From an uncultured Gammaproteobacteria bacterium (GTDB lineage: Bacteria; Patescibacteriota; Patescibacteriia; UBA9934; CAZDDW01), in contig OZ246408.1 of the NCBI GenBank assembly GCA_965231015.1, forward strand, positions 686,595 to 750,594: a stretch of 64,000 nucleotides of DNA, written 5' to 3'. Position 1 is the first letter of the stretch. Each line of letters begins with the position of its first letter. Of this stretch, positions 26,649 through 36,302 are shown one piece after another. Under the pieces are notes generated by a model that was given only the letters and a program-made list of their open reading frames with translations, had not been told where the DNA came from and did no database searches. A program made the translations under genes and the position numbers.

Positions 26649-29216
26649 TTAAGCAGTTATTTTTTTATGATGATGACGAGCAATAAAAATCCATTTGACT
26701 ATCTCGATTGCTACCAGTTTAACACAGCCAATAGAAATAAGCAGTAGCCAGTCATAAAGATGCAAATGGGTTATCTCAAAGATATTTTGAAAAAATGGAA
26801 CGGTCACAGCCATGATCTGCAAACCTAATCCGGCAATAACTCCCATCACTAACCACTTGTTATTAAATATGTTGGTGTGAAATATTGAGTGTCGGAAACT
26901 CTTTATGGCAAAAACGTAAATCAATGAATCAATGGCCACAGCAGTAAAGATAATGGAACGAACATATTCAATATCATGACTCAAATTCAAAAGATACAAG
27001 AAAATCGCCATAATTCCGATATCAGTCAAGATACCAATAATGAAAATTAAAACTTTCATTTCTTTATTAAGTACTGCCTCCTTACGCGGACGCGGTGGTT
27101 CTTTCATCACGTCCGGTTCTCCCGGCTCCAGGGTAAGAGCCAGGCTTGGGAAACCATCAGTAATCAAATTAATCCATAAAATTTGTGCAGCTAGCAACGG
27201 CAAGGGAAGGCCCAACATAACTGCAGTACCGATTAATACAATCTCTGTAAAACTATCAACCAACAAATAGGTGGTGACCTTGCGAATGTTGTCATAAATC
27301 ACACGTCCTTGCTCAATAGCTTTTACAATGGTGGTTAAGGCGTTATTGAGAAGCACGATTTCAGAAGTTGATTTTGCCACCTCGGTGCCTGTTCCAAGCG
27401 CAACTCCAATGTCCGCAGCCTTGAGTGCCGGCGCGTCATTAACCCCGTCCCCGGTCATGCTGACCACTTCATTCTGCTCTTTCCAAGCGTTCACAATTCG
27501 CACCTTGTGAGCCGGTTCAACTCGAGCGTAAACATTAATACCCTTCACTTTTTGTTGCAATTCTTCATCTGATAACTGATCTAGTTCAGAACCGATTAGT
27601 GTCCTGCTTCTATCTGCATCAAGCCCGGCCTCTTTAGCAATTGCCACCGCGGTATCCGGGTGGTCTCCGGTAATAATGACCGTCCGTACCCCGGCCTCGG
27701 CGGCTTTAGCAATTGTTTCTTTGGCGTCCGGACGAATCGGATCCTGCAAGCCAAAAAAACCAACGAACTCCATTTCCGAAAGTTCATTTCCTAGATTATC
27801 TTCATCTTTTTCAACCTCCCAACCTTTCCCAACTTTCTTATATGCCACGGCGAGCACCCGAAGTCCCCTCTTGGACATCTCGTGAGCCGTATTCATTAAA
27901 TCATCACCTGACTCATTGCACATTGGTAGTATTTTTTCCGGTGCGCCTTTTACAAGTACGGCCCGATTACTGTCACCCCACTCGTTAAGTGTAGCCATGT
28001 ACTTATGAGCTGAATTGAAGGGGATCTCTGCCAATCTGGGGTGAGTTTGATCCAGTGCAGACTTATCCTGCCCAGCAGCAACCGCAAAGCGCATTAGCGC
28101 GGCCTCGGTTGGACTACCAATAACCCGGTCACCACTAGCTGTTGAGTTATTACAAAGGACAGCAATTTTATACGCCAGTTCTTTGTCTTTACCGACCAGT
28201 TCTGTGGCTTTCATTCGGGCTTCAGTAATGGTCCCGGTTTTATCCGTACAAATAACCGAAACACTTCCCAAGGTCTCGGTCGCAATCAACCGACGCACCA
28301 AAGCCTTTTGTCGCAAAATGCGTTGCATGCCAATGGCTAAAATAACTGTCACGGCTACCAACAAACCTTCAGGAACCGCAGCTACAGCCAAGGCTACTGA
28401 AGTTATGAACATCTCAAATACGGAGCGACCACCCAGCACTCCGATCACAAAAATTACTACTGCTACTCCAACAAAAATAATAGTGAGAATTTTAGCGAGC
28501 CGGCGCAGCTGAACCTGAAGTGGCGTTTCCTCATCTTTTGTTTCTTTGACCAGCTCTGCAATTTGTCCAAGTTCGGTTTTTATTCCCGTTGCGACCACAA
28601 CAGCTAAACCACGACCATTACCCACTTCGGTTCCGGCATAAACCATGTTGGTTCTATCAGCCAAAACAATGCCCCGATCAAGTGCTGCCAACTGTTTTTC
28701 AATCGGTAAGGATTCTCCGGTCAATGCCGCTTCGTTTATTTCAAGAGTATTTTCTTCAATCAAACGAGCATCCGCCGCCACTCTGTCTCCGGATTCTAAA
28801 ATCAAAATATCACCCGGCACTACTTGGCTGGCCGGAATTACCATTTTTTGACTATCACGCCGGACCACCACTTCCGGTCGCACCATGGAGCGCAATTCAG
28901 CCAAGGCTCGACTGGCTTTATATTCCTGCACAAAGCCAACAACGGTATTCAAAACAATGGCGGCTACGATCACCCCAGCGTCCACGTAATCAGAAAAAAA
29001 TAAACTTACCAGGGCCGCAAACAACAAGATATACATGAACGGACTTTTGAATTGTTCAAGTAAAATAATAAACCACGCGGCAGGTGGTTTTTTAGGTAAT
29101 TCATTCAAGCCGTATTTTTCTAGCCGTTTTTTAATTTTGTTTACCGAAAGCCCCTGGGGCGAGCTGTCCAGGTTTCGTAGAACTTGTTGTGCACTTAACT
29201 CATGCCAATTAAACAT
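26649..29216 (-). CDS. P-type cation-transporting ATPase (type II, Ca2+/Mg2+-like)
   Basis: 855 aa. Phosphorylation motif ICTDKTGTITE, TGES, hinge motif MTGDGVNDAPALKAADIGVA, and 10 TM segments. Confidence 0.9.
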   Translation of the reverse strand: MFNWHELSAQQVLRNLDSSPQGLSVNKIKKRLEKYGLNELPKKPPAAWFIILLEQFKSPFMYILLFAALVSLFFSDYVDAGVIVAAIVLNTVVGFVQEYKASRALAELRSMVRPEVVVRRDSQKMVIPASQVVPGDILILESGDRVAADARLIEENTLEINEAALTGESLPIEKQLAALDRGIVLADRTNMVYAGTEVGNGRGLAVVVATGIKTELGQIAELVKETKDEETPLQVQLRRLAKILTIIFVGVAVVIFVIGVLGGRSVFEMFITSVALAVAAVPEGLLVAVTVILAIGMQRILRQKALVRRLIATETLGSVSVICTDKTGTITEARMKATELVGKDKELAYKIAVLCNNSTASGDRVIGSPTEAALMRFAVAAGQDKSALDQTHPRLAEIPFNSAHKYMATLNEWGDSNRAVLVKGAPEKILPMCNESGDDLMNTAHEMSKRGLRVLAVAYKKVGKGWEVEKDEDNLGNELSEMEFVGFFGLQDPIRPDAKETIAKAAEAGVRTVIITGDHPDTAVAIAKEAGLDADRSRTLIGSELDQLSDEELQQKVKGINVYARVEPAHKVRIVNAWKEQNEVVSMTGDGVNDAPALKAADIGVALGTGTEVAKSTSEIVLLNNALTTIVKAIEQGRVIYDNIRKVTTYLLVDSFTEIVLIGTAVMLGLPLPLLAAQILWINLITDGFPSLALTLEPGEPDVMKEPPRPRKEAVLNKEMKVLIFIIGILTDIGIMAIFLYLLNLSHDIEYVRSIIFTAVAIDSLIYVFAIKSFRHSIFHTNIFNNKWLVMGVIAGLGLQIMAVTVPFFQNIFEITHLHLYDWLLLISIGCVKLVAIEIVKWIFIARHHHKKITA

Positions 29217-29217
29217 A

Positions 29218-30336
29218 TTAATGTCTGACTGTTCGATAAACTTCTTCTACTTGATTGGTAATCCGATCCCAATTGAAAAATGTTTTTACTGCTTCAACCG
29301 ATTTTTTTGAAGCCTTATCTACTTCCTGTGGATGACGTAAACAGTATTGCATCTGGTCAGCCAGATCATTGATATTTTTATTTTTAAAAGAAAAGCCAGC
29401 TCGGTGCATGGCTTCCAAATTTTCTGGAATATCAGACACCAACACCGGGGTTCCAAAACTCATGGCCTCAAGAACTACTACAGCCAAGCCCTCGGATTCA
29501 CTCGGCTGGCAATAAATATAGGCATGTGAGAACAACTGCTTTAGTGTTTCCCCGGACTGATATCCTAAAAATAAAATATTTTTATCTCCGGCGACCCGCT
29601 TTTTTAAGGCCTCAAAATATTCTTCACCTCCTTCGGCCGCCCCACCCACAATCACTAATTTTTTTTCAGTGGATAATTTCTGATACGCATCGATTAAATA
29701 GTGCAAGCCCTTATGACGCACTACTCGACCGACGTTTAAAAAATATTTATCCGGTTGAAGACCAAAGTTTTCCAGCTCACCAAATTCTTTTACTGTCTGC
29801 GGCTCTGCACCATTGGGAACATACACCACCTGACGGCGATAATGAGTTCGACAGTAAACCTGGATCACATGCGACACGGCAATGCACACGTGTGGAAACC
29901 AGCAAGCCGCGATTTCACCGAAATGTAAATACAAACGTGCCAACAAACCCCACTTCTGATGAAACCTGTCCTGGCTGTGAAAAGTGGTAACAATTCGCGT
30001 TTTAGGTTTTAGAATCCTTAAAAAGAAAGTCAAGGTGGACGGCCCTACGCCATGGTAATGAATAATGTCATAGGGCATGAACCAAGCGTGAAGCGTGGCC
30101 AACAATGTATGTACAATTGCTTCTAGGTTTTTACGATATATTGTGGGCACATAAATCATCCGCACACCATGATATTCCCGAGGGCGGTCTTCCTGGTAAT
30201 GGGCTCTGGCATACACAAAAACCTCGTGATCGCGATCTGCGAGCCGAGTAGCTAATTCGTCCACGTGTTTTTCAATTCCTCCGGTCCTCTCCCCCTTAAT
30301 TCCAATGGTTTTCTGACCAATAAAGGCAATTCTCAT
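29218..30336 (-). CDS. Glycosyltransferase family 4
   Basis: 372 aa, GT-B fold, EX7E-type C-terminus (SESEGLAVVVLEAMSFGTPVLVSD). Confidence 0.8.
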   Translation of the reverse strand: MRIAFIGQKTIGIKGERTGGIEKHVDELATRLADRDHEVFVYARAHYQEDRPREYHGVRMIYVPTIYRKNLEAIVHTLLATLHAWFMPYDIIHYHGVGPSTLTFFLRILKPKTRIVTTFHSQDRFHQKWGLLARLYLHFGEIAACWFPHVCIAVSHVIQVYCRTHYRRQVVYVPNGAEPQTVKEFGELENFGLQPDKYFLNVGRVVRHKGLHYLIDAYQKLSTEKKLVIVGGAAEGGEEYFEALKKRVAGDKNILFLGYQSGETLKQLFSHAYIYCQPSESEGLAVVVLEAMSFGTPVLVSDIPENLEAMHRAGFSFKNKNINDLADQMQYCLRHPQEVDKASKKSVEAVKTFFNWDRITNQVEEVYRTVRH

Positions 30337-30432
30337 ACGACCTTATTTTACAATATTTTGGCTTAAATTACGAATTGCTGAGAATTAAAATATCTGATAA
30401 GCTCGAAAATGAACCGGTTAAGGAGGTAAACC

Positions 30433-31038
30433 ATGAAATGGGTCGTATTGGCCTTGTTCTTTGTTGCCGGCACTATTTCGGCCAATGCGGCTGAACCGGA
30501 AGGCTTTGAAGAGGTAGTCACCACCACCTGTGGTACGGGTGATCTTGGGAAAGCGCGGCTGATTCGCGCCGCGATTCTCTCGGAAGAATCTGAGCGATTG
30601 CTCAAGGCGGCCGAGGGGTGGGAGACCCGAGCTGATCAGATTGAAGAGCTGGTCAAGTCTCGACAATTGTACCCGAATGAAGTTGAGCGGCTGGAGTATT
30701 TCTGCCAGGAGTTGCGTAGCAGTGCGGCCGTGCTCAGTCAGGAATCCGAAGACCTGTCTGAGCTCGGGATTGGTGTCATGCTCACCAGCCTGGCAGTACC
30801 GGACGACCTTGACGAAGAAGCTTGTCTAACCAAGTGTCAGGAAGAATTTCAACCGGTTAAAGATGCTCTTGAGAAAGCCTGGTGGGAAGAGCGTGCGAGA
30901 GAAAAACACTTAGCCCCACTCTTTGAAGACTACCGCACCATGGAGCAGCGGCTCAACTCGGCCTACCTCAAAGGTCAAACCCCGCTCCAAAACTTCTCAA
31001 ATCCGATCCGTTATCACCATGCAAAATACGCACGGTAA
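30433..31038 (+). CDS. Secreted hypothetical protein encoded by a GC-rich (~54%) islet
   Basis: Signal peptide MKWVVLALFFVAGTISANA. Four Cys residues. Codon usage is biased to G/C-ending codons, unlike the neighbours. A strong terminator lies at 31054-31086. Confidence 0.6.
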   Translation: MKWVVLALFFVAGTISANAAEPEGFEEVVTTTCGTGDLGKARLIRAAILSEESERLLKAAEGWETRADQIEELVKSRQLYPNEVERLEYFCQELRSSAAVLSQESEDLSELGIGVMLTSLAVPDDLDEEACLTKCQEEFQPVKDALEKAWWEERAREKHLAPLFEDYRTMEQRLNSAYLKGQTPLQNFSNPIRYHHAKYAR

Positions 31039-31053
31039 CAAAACTCCTTCGGC

Positions 31054-31086
31054 CCCCCACCTCACCCTTGGGGGGTCTTGTTTTTA
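31054..31086 (+). terminator. Intrinsic terminator after the GC-rich secreted-protein gene
   Basis: cccccc-acctcaccctt-gggggg followed by TCTTGTTTTT. Confidence 0.8.
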
Positions 31087-31135
31087 AAAAGAAAACTCGA
31101 GGGCGCTTAAACCTCGAGTTTTCAAAATATTGGTT

Positions 31136-31213
31136 TTATTCAGCGTCTTCAGTAGTCTCTTCCCCGTCTTTCTTTTCTTCGTCCACGTTCATTTCTTCAT
31201 CGTCGAAAAACAT
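31136..31213 (-). CDS. Candidate 25-aa acidic small ORF (MFFDDEEMNVDEEKKDGEETTEDAE)
   Basis: Short ORF followed on its strand by the perfect hairpin 31097-31119 plus a T-run. No clear SD, so it is speculative. Confidence 0.2.
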   Translation of the reverse strand: MFFDDEEMNVDEEKKDGEETTEDAE

Positions 31214-31331
31214 AATTGTGTTCGCTTAAGAATTAGCACCAAAATTATCTCAAGGTTTAGATCGAAATTCAATGATCTCGTCAAGGGGTCTGTGAATAAA
31301 GGTTGAAAAATTTGCAAAAATAGCTTAAAAT

Positions 31332-31847
31332 TTGAACATTATGCAGGTACCAAAGCGTGCATCCGAAGAATGGCGTATTGCCAAGCAGACTCCAACTGAC
31401 TTCCACGTCAGCCAAGACAAGTTGGAACGTATGAAACGCGAACTCAAGCGGTTGGTTGAGGTTGAGCGTCCGGTGCAGATTCAGGAAGTACAACGAACCA
31501 AAGAAATGGGTGATCTATCCGAGAACGCTGAATACCAAGAGGCTAAGTGGAAGCTGCGTCGCATGAACTCGAGGATAACATCTTTGGAACAACGTATCTT
31601 AAAAGCCATTCCGATTGAGTCAGGCCCAAGCACGGATGGCAGAGTTCAGATCGGCTCATCCGTCTCGCTAGACAATGGATCAAAAATATTGCATTACGAG
31701 ATCGTTGGTTCTCAAGAAACCGACCCGACCCGTGGCCGGATTAGCCACTTTTCCCCGCTTGGGCAAGCGTTGATTGGAAAACAAGTTAGGGACGTTGTTA
31801 AACCGACCGAGTCTGGGCCGGAACTTAAAATTGTGGAAATAAAATAA
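31332..31847 (+). CDS. greA: Transcription elongation factor GreA
   Basis: Coiled-coil N-domain with GDLSENAEYQEAK, and a C-terminal FKBP-like domain. Confidence 0.85.
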   Translation: MNIMQVPKRASEEWRIAKQTPTDFHVSQDKLERMKRELKRLVEVERPVQIQEVQRTKEMGDLSENAEYQEAKWKLRRMNSRITSLEQRILKAIPIESGPSTDGRVQIGSSVSLDNGSKILHYEIVGSQETDPTRGRISHFSPLGQALIGKQVRDVVKPTESGPELKIVEIK

Positions 31848-31883
31848 AGAATCAAAAAACCATCTCAGAATGAGGTGGTTTTT

Positions 31884-31958
31884 TGGTACGCCGAGTGGGG
31901 ATCGAACCCACGACCTTAGGCTTAAAAGGCCTCTGCTCTACCACTGAGCTACCGGCGC
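31884..31958 (-). tRNA. tRNA-Lys (anticodon TTT)
   Basis: Reverse complement folds as acceptor GCGCCGG/TCGGCGT (G-U at the stem ends), D-arm GCTC-AGTGGTA-GAGC, anticodon loop CTTTTAA, T-arm GTGGG-TTCGATC-CCCAC, with CCA encoded. Confidence 0.85.
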
Positions 31959-32009
31959 AAGTGGCCAAAATATAACAGAAATAACACCACCTGTCAAGAA
32001 AAGATGGTC

Positions 32010-33083
32010 TTATTTTATTTTCTCACACATGTCGTTAGCCTCTTTGGCGATTCTCTCAGCGACTCCTTGTGTTGGCAAAACCAGTCCAATCTGTCGGCCA
32101 AACTCGGCACGTTTTTCCGGGTGGTCAAGTAATTCACTGATCAATCGATCGAGCTCACCGACGGGCTGGTCTTGGGTGTACACAAACGCGGCCCCAGATT
32201 CTTTCAAAGCTACTGCATTCTCTTCTTGTTGATTGTTGGGAATCGGAATCAAAACCGATGGTTTGTTTAAAAAAGCCAGCTCCTGAATGGTTCCCATACC
32301 GGCACGAGCCACCACAATGTCGGCCGCAGCGTAAGCCAAAGCCATGTTGTAAATAAATTCGAAAACATGATATGTCCCGCCGATCGCCTCGAGTTCTGCC
32401 AAGTCCTTCCCCTTCCCGGTCTGATGAATCACATTAGCTTTAACTGATATTTCTGGTCCGATTTCTACCATGGCTCGATTAATCCATCCGGCCCCAACTC
32501 CACCACCAAGTACAAGTACGGTCGGCAAACTCGGGTCAAGATGTAGAGTCTCATACGCCTCATCTCGATCAACCCCAGCCAAACTTTCACGCACGGGTGA
32601 GCCGATCCAGTTGGTTTTATTATCTGGGAATGAAGCCAGGCTTGATTGCCATGAGGTTGTAATCCGAGTTGCAAATGATCGCATCAATTTATTAGCTAAG
32701 CCAGGTCGAACATCCAACTGATGAATCCAGGTTTTAATACCGAGCAATTTAGCAGCCCATACAATCGGCACACTCACGTACCCTCCGGCTGACATGACCA
32801 TGTCCGGTTTTTCACGTTTCAATATCTCCATAGCTTTCACAAACGATCCGGCTAACACAAATGGTGAACTAAAAAGTGAGAGCGAGAAGTAACGAGGTAG
32901 TTTAGCAGTTTTCAGTGAGATGAACCCGTATCCAAGCTTTTCCAGTACCTCTTTTTCAGGACCGAGCGGTGTACCAACCCAAACAAACTCAACCCAGGGG
33001 TTAAGCTTTTTCCAGGCCTCACAAACCCCGATGAGCGGGGTTACCGGGCCCATTGTTCCTCCTCCGGTCATCATCACTTTCAT
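32010..33083 (-). CDS. murG: UDP-GlcNAc:lipid I N-acetylglucosaminyltransferase MurG
   Basis: 357 aa GT28 architecture with an N-terminal G-loop GGGTMGP, directly downstream of ftsW. Confidence 0.85.
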   Translation of the reverse strand: MKVMMTGGGTMGPVTPLIGVCEAWKKLNPWVEFVWVGTPLGPEKEVLEKLGYGFISLKTAKLPRYFSLSLFSSPFVLAGSFVKAMEILKREKPDMVMSAGGYVSVPIVWAAKLLGIKTWIHQLDVRPGLANKLMRSFATRITTSWQSSLASFPDNKTNWIGSPVRESLAGVDRDEAYETLHLDPSLPTVLVLGGGVGAGWINRAMVEIGPEISVKANVIHQTGKGKDLAELEAIGGTYHVFEFIYNMALAYAAADIVVARAGMGTIQELAFLNKPSVLIPIPNNQQEENAVALKESGAAFVYTQDQPVGELDRLISELLDHPEKRAEFGRQIGLVLPTQGVAERIAKEANDMCEKIK

Positions 33084-33086
33084 ACT

Positions 33087-34202
33087 CTATTTACTCTTAC
33101 CATATTTCGAAACATTTAACACCACCCCAATCGCGGCCATAGAAACAACAAGAGCCGTTCCACCGTAACTCACAAATGGCAACGGTACCCCGGTCATTGG
33201 CAAAAGCCCGATCATGGAACCAATATTAATTGAAGCCTGAATGACAAACCAGCTAATAATTCCGATCACAATGTATCGCCCGAAATTATCCGGAGCACCA
33301 TTCGCGATCTTGAGTCCACGCCAAAACAACGCCATGAACAAAACTAAGACCCCGACCGTTAAAATAAAACCCAATTCTTCAGCAGTCACGGCAAAAATTG
33401 AATCACCAAACACCTCCGGTAAATATTGAAACTTTTGTCGAGAGTGCCCGTAACCAAGACCCAAAATTCCACCTGAACCAATAGCGAGCAGGGCTTGGTT
33501 AATATGGTACCCAATACCTTGAGGGTCAAACTCGGGATGTAAAAAAGTGGTAAATCGAGCAGACCGATATGGAGCTAGTTTGATGAGGAGTCCAAACAAT
33601 AGAGCTCCGCCACCCACCAGCAACCCCATATGAATCCACGGGGCTCCGGCAACAAAATACACTACAAGAGACATGGCCACGATAACAGACATAGTTCCTA
33701 TATCAGGCTGTAAAATCATCAACAACATGATTGCTCCAAGGACGGATAAAAACGGAAGAAAACCTGACTGCCAGTCGCTCACCCCCTGTTTACCACGCTT
33801 ATCAAGCCAGGCGGCTAAATAAAACAAGAAGGTCAGTTTTACGAACTCGGCCGGTTGGAAACTAAAAAGCCCAAAAAAAGAAACCCAGCTCCGCGAAGTA
33901 CCAAACCCGGCACCAATTCCCGGAATAAAAACAAGAACTAATAAAGCAATCGAGATGATCAATAAATGAAAGGCATAATCTTTCCAACGATGGTACGGTA
34001 TCTTGGATAGAACATACATGGCCACCAATCCAGGAATCAGTCCGAATATTATCTGATGTTTAACAAAATAAAAACTGTCACCAAAGCGTTCATAACCGCT
34101 TGGCCCGGAAGCAGAGGCTAGCATTATGATGCCAAATAAAATAACAACCCCAGCCAGAGCCAGATAAGTATAATCGATCTGTTTGTTTTTTTTCGGCGGC
34201 AT
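33087..34202 (-). CDS. ftsW: FtsW/RodA (SEDS) peptidoglycan polymerase
   Basis: 371 aa with 10 TM segments. SEDS motifs include AEELGFILTVGVLVLF and PLPFVSYGGT. Confidence 0.85.
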   Translation of the reverse strand: MPPKKNKQIDYTYLALAGVVILFGIIMLASASGPSGYERFGDSFYFVKHQIIFGLIPGLVAMYVLSKIPYHRWKDYAFHLLIISIALLVLVFIPGIGAGFGTSRSWVSFFGLFSFQPAEFVKLTFLFYLAAWLDKRGKQGVSDWQSGFLPFLSVLGAIMLLMILQPDIGTMSVIVAMSLVVYFVAGAPWIHMGLLVGGGALLFGLLIKLAPYRSARFTTFLHPEFDPQGIGYHINQALLAIGSGGILGLGYGHSRQKFQYLPEVFGDSIFAVTAEELGFILTVGVLVLFMALFWRGLKIANGAPDNFGRYIVIGIISWFVIQASINIGSMIGLLPMTGVPLPFVSYGGTALVVSMAAIGVVLNVSKYGKSK

Positions 34203-35251
34203 TAGACAAAAGTTTGATCAAGAATCACCAGAGCCACACCAAGCCCGGCGGCTACCATGGAAATCACCCAAAACCGCATCACAATCTTAGGCTCCGGCCA
34301 ACCAATGGCCTCCAAGTGGTGATGAATTGGGGCTGATTTGAACACTTTTTTCTTGAATATTTTTTTAGAGCTCATTTGAACAAGAGTTGAAATGGCCTCG
34401 AGCACAAAAACAATGCCGATCACCGGCAAAAATAAGGCCGCATTCGTAAGCATTGCTACAATCCCGAGCGTTACCCCGAGCGACATAGAACCGGTATCAC
34501 CCATAAAAAAGCGAGCCGGATTAATATTGAACCACAGAAAAGCCAACAAGGCTCCAGCGATTATTGCACAGAAAGCGGCCAAGTCTACTCGACCCTGCAA
34601 AAGTGAGATGACAGAAAAAGCGGCAAAAGAGGTCAAGAGCGACCCTCCGGCCAAACCATCAAGCCCATCTGTTTGATTAACTGAAAATGAGGTCGAAACA
34701 ATCACCAAAATGAAAAATGGGATATACCACCAACCGATATTAAAATCTCCGAGGAATGGCACATGAAGTAAATCCCAGTCTAATTTAAAATAAAACCACC
34801 AAGCTCCAACCACAGCGATAGCCATATAAACGAGTAACCGATGACGCATCTGCAACCCTCCACCATGCGGTCCAATCTTTTTCACATTCATGTAATCATC
34901 CACTAAACCAACCAAAGCTGAGGCAATTAAAGCTCCGAGTGGAAGTAAGGTTTGCTCTCGGGTTAAGAAACTGAGGTGTCCCAAAAATCCGTCCGGCCAA
35001 TTCAACCAAACCCATCCAAGTACCAAAGCCATAACAAGAGTGGTCCCCCAAACCAAAACCCCACCCATGACCGGAGTACCGGACTTTTTCAAATGAAGTT
35101 TGGTAAAAATCGGAGTCAAACCACCGTTACGAATTGATTTACCAAGTTTGTACTTATACAAAAAATGTGTGAACGCCGGCGTCCAAGCCATAGTCAACAC
35201 AAAAGCTACTGTTGAGAGAACTAATACTTTTACAATCGCAAAGGTTTCCAT
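34202..35251 (-). CDS. mraY: Phospho-N-acetylmuramoyl-pentapeptide transferase MraY
   Basis: 349 aa with MraY motifs: TPVMGGVL, VGLVDDY, NQTDGLDGLAGG, FMGDTGSMSLG. Confidence 0.9.
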   Translation of the reverse strand: METFAIVKVLVLSTVAFVLTMAWTPAFTHFLYKYKLGKSIRNGGLTPIFTKLHLKKSGTPVMGGVLVWGTTLVMALVLGWVWLNWPDGFLGHLSFLTREQTLLPLGALIASALVGLVDDYMNVKKIGPHGGGLQMRHRLLVYMAIAVVGAWWFYFKLDWDLLHVPFLGDFNIGWWYIPFFILVIVSTSFSVNQTDGLDGLAGGSLLTSFAAFSVISLLQGRVDLAAFCAIIAGALLAFLWFNINPARFFMGDTGSMSLGVTLGIVAMLTNAALFLPVIGIVFVLEAISTLVQMSSKKIFKKKVFKSAPIHHHLEAIGWPEPKIVMRFWVISMVAAGLGVALVILDQTFV

Positions 35252-35252
35252 A

Positions 35253-35651
35253 CTAAAAATTAATGAGGGTAATCAAGACCATTGATCCAAGAAGGATTGT
35301 TTCCACCAGCAAGGTAGTAATGGCAAAAAAAATTGACAGAACATGTTCATGCTTAGCGTAAATTGCTTCGAACAAAATATTAGTTAACAGCATCAGGATC
35401 CCCAAAGCCGGCAAAGCAAAAATGTAATACCAGGGACCGAACTTGTCCACTCCAAAGTAAATATTGTAGTGCAATGGAATATAGTCAGCTCCGTGTAAAT
35501 TTGGGATGATCTTCCAAAATGGCAGCAATGTAGTAAGAACCACCAACCCGGCTGAAACAATGGCTGTCCAACGGTAAAATTTGGAATTAGCAAAGATGTC
35601 GCGAACAGCTCCCTTTAGTTTACGAGCCCGTGTAATAACTCGACCCATATT
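35253..35651 (-). CDS. Small integral membrane protein, unknown function
   Basis: The start is placed at the internal Met (MGRVITRARKL) so as not to overlap the NifU-like gene. There are 3-4 TM helices. Confidence 0.4.
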   Translation of the reverse strand, partial: NMGRVITRARKLKGAVRDIFANSKFYRWTAIVSAGLVVLTTLLPFWKIIPNLHGADYIPLHYNIYFGVDKFGPWYYIFALPALGILMLLTNILFEAIYAKHEHVLSIFFAITTLLVETILLGSMVLITLINF

Positions 35652-35916
35652 AAACGGCAATAACCTGTTTAATATCGGGGTGCTCCTGCCGTAAAGCCAC
35701 CTCGATAACGTTTTTGAGCGTGAGATTAGCCATAGGGCAATCAGCACAAGCGCCTTGGAACTCAACCTGAACTATCCCGTCAGAATAATCTACGAGCTCC
35801 ACCCCTCCACCATCGGCTTCTAGCTGCGGCCGGACCTTATCCAGCACTGCTTCAATTTTCTCACGCATAATCAGAGTATAACTGAAAATAGGCTTGATTT
35901 CAACCAAAAAACCCAC
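35650..35916 (-). CDS. NifU-like (Nfu) Fe-S cluster carrier domain protein
   Basis: 88 aa with a CxxC motif: VQVEFQGACADCPMANLTLKNVIE. Confidence 0.75.
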   Translation of the reverse strand: MGFLVEIKPIFSYTLIMREKIEAVLDKVRPQLEADGGGVELVDYSDGIVQVEFQGACADCPMANLTLKNVIEVALRQEHPDIKQVIAV

Positions 35917-35948
35917 GGCATAATATGCACAATGGGTTTCCAGTTGGT

Positions 35949-36221
35949 TTATACTACCTCAACAAAAGTCTTCAGTTTTAAGGCTCCATGAAAATTCGGT
36001 TGCTTCTTCTTTTTGTACTTAACAACTCCATCCTTGGCCGCGTACAAAGTGTCATCCTTTCCTAAACGCACGTTTTCTCCGGCATACCACTTGGTTCCAC
36101 GTTGGCGAATAATAACCTCGCCAGCCTTAATTGTCTGCCCATCAGAAACCTTGACCCCCAGGCGTTGTGCCTGCGAATCTCGGCCTAGACTAGTTGAGCC
36201 TCCTGCTTTTTTGTGTGCCAT
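35949..36221 (-). CDS. rpmA: 50S ribosomal protein L27
   Basis: [48 protein letters not shown]. Confidence 0.9.
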   Translation of the reverse strand: MAHKKAGGSTSLGRDSQAQRLGVKVSDGQTIKAGEVIIRQRGTKWYAGENVRLGKDDTLYAAKDGVVKYKKKKQPNFHGALKLKTFVEVV

Positions 36222-36302
36222 ATTGGCTTGATTTTAGCTAAAAATCGGTATTTCTACCAGCGAGCGATAGTATACCGAATATCACTAAACCCGTCAAGAG
36301 CC

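Noticed and set aside
35253-35765. Full 170-aa version of the membrane ORF overlapping the NifU-like gene by 115 nt
   Set aside because: An internal Met at ~35651 gives a non-overlapping gene that abuts the NifU-like stop. The longer start is probably an ORF-caller artefact.
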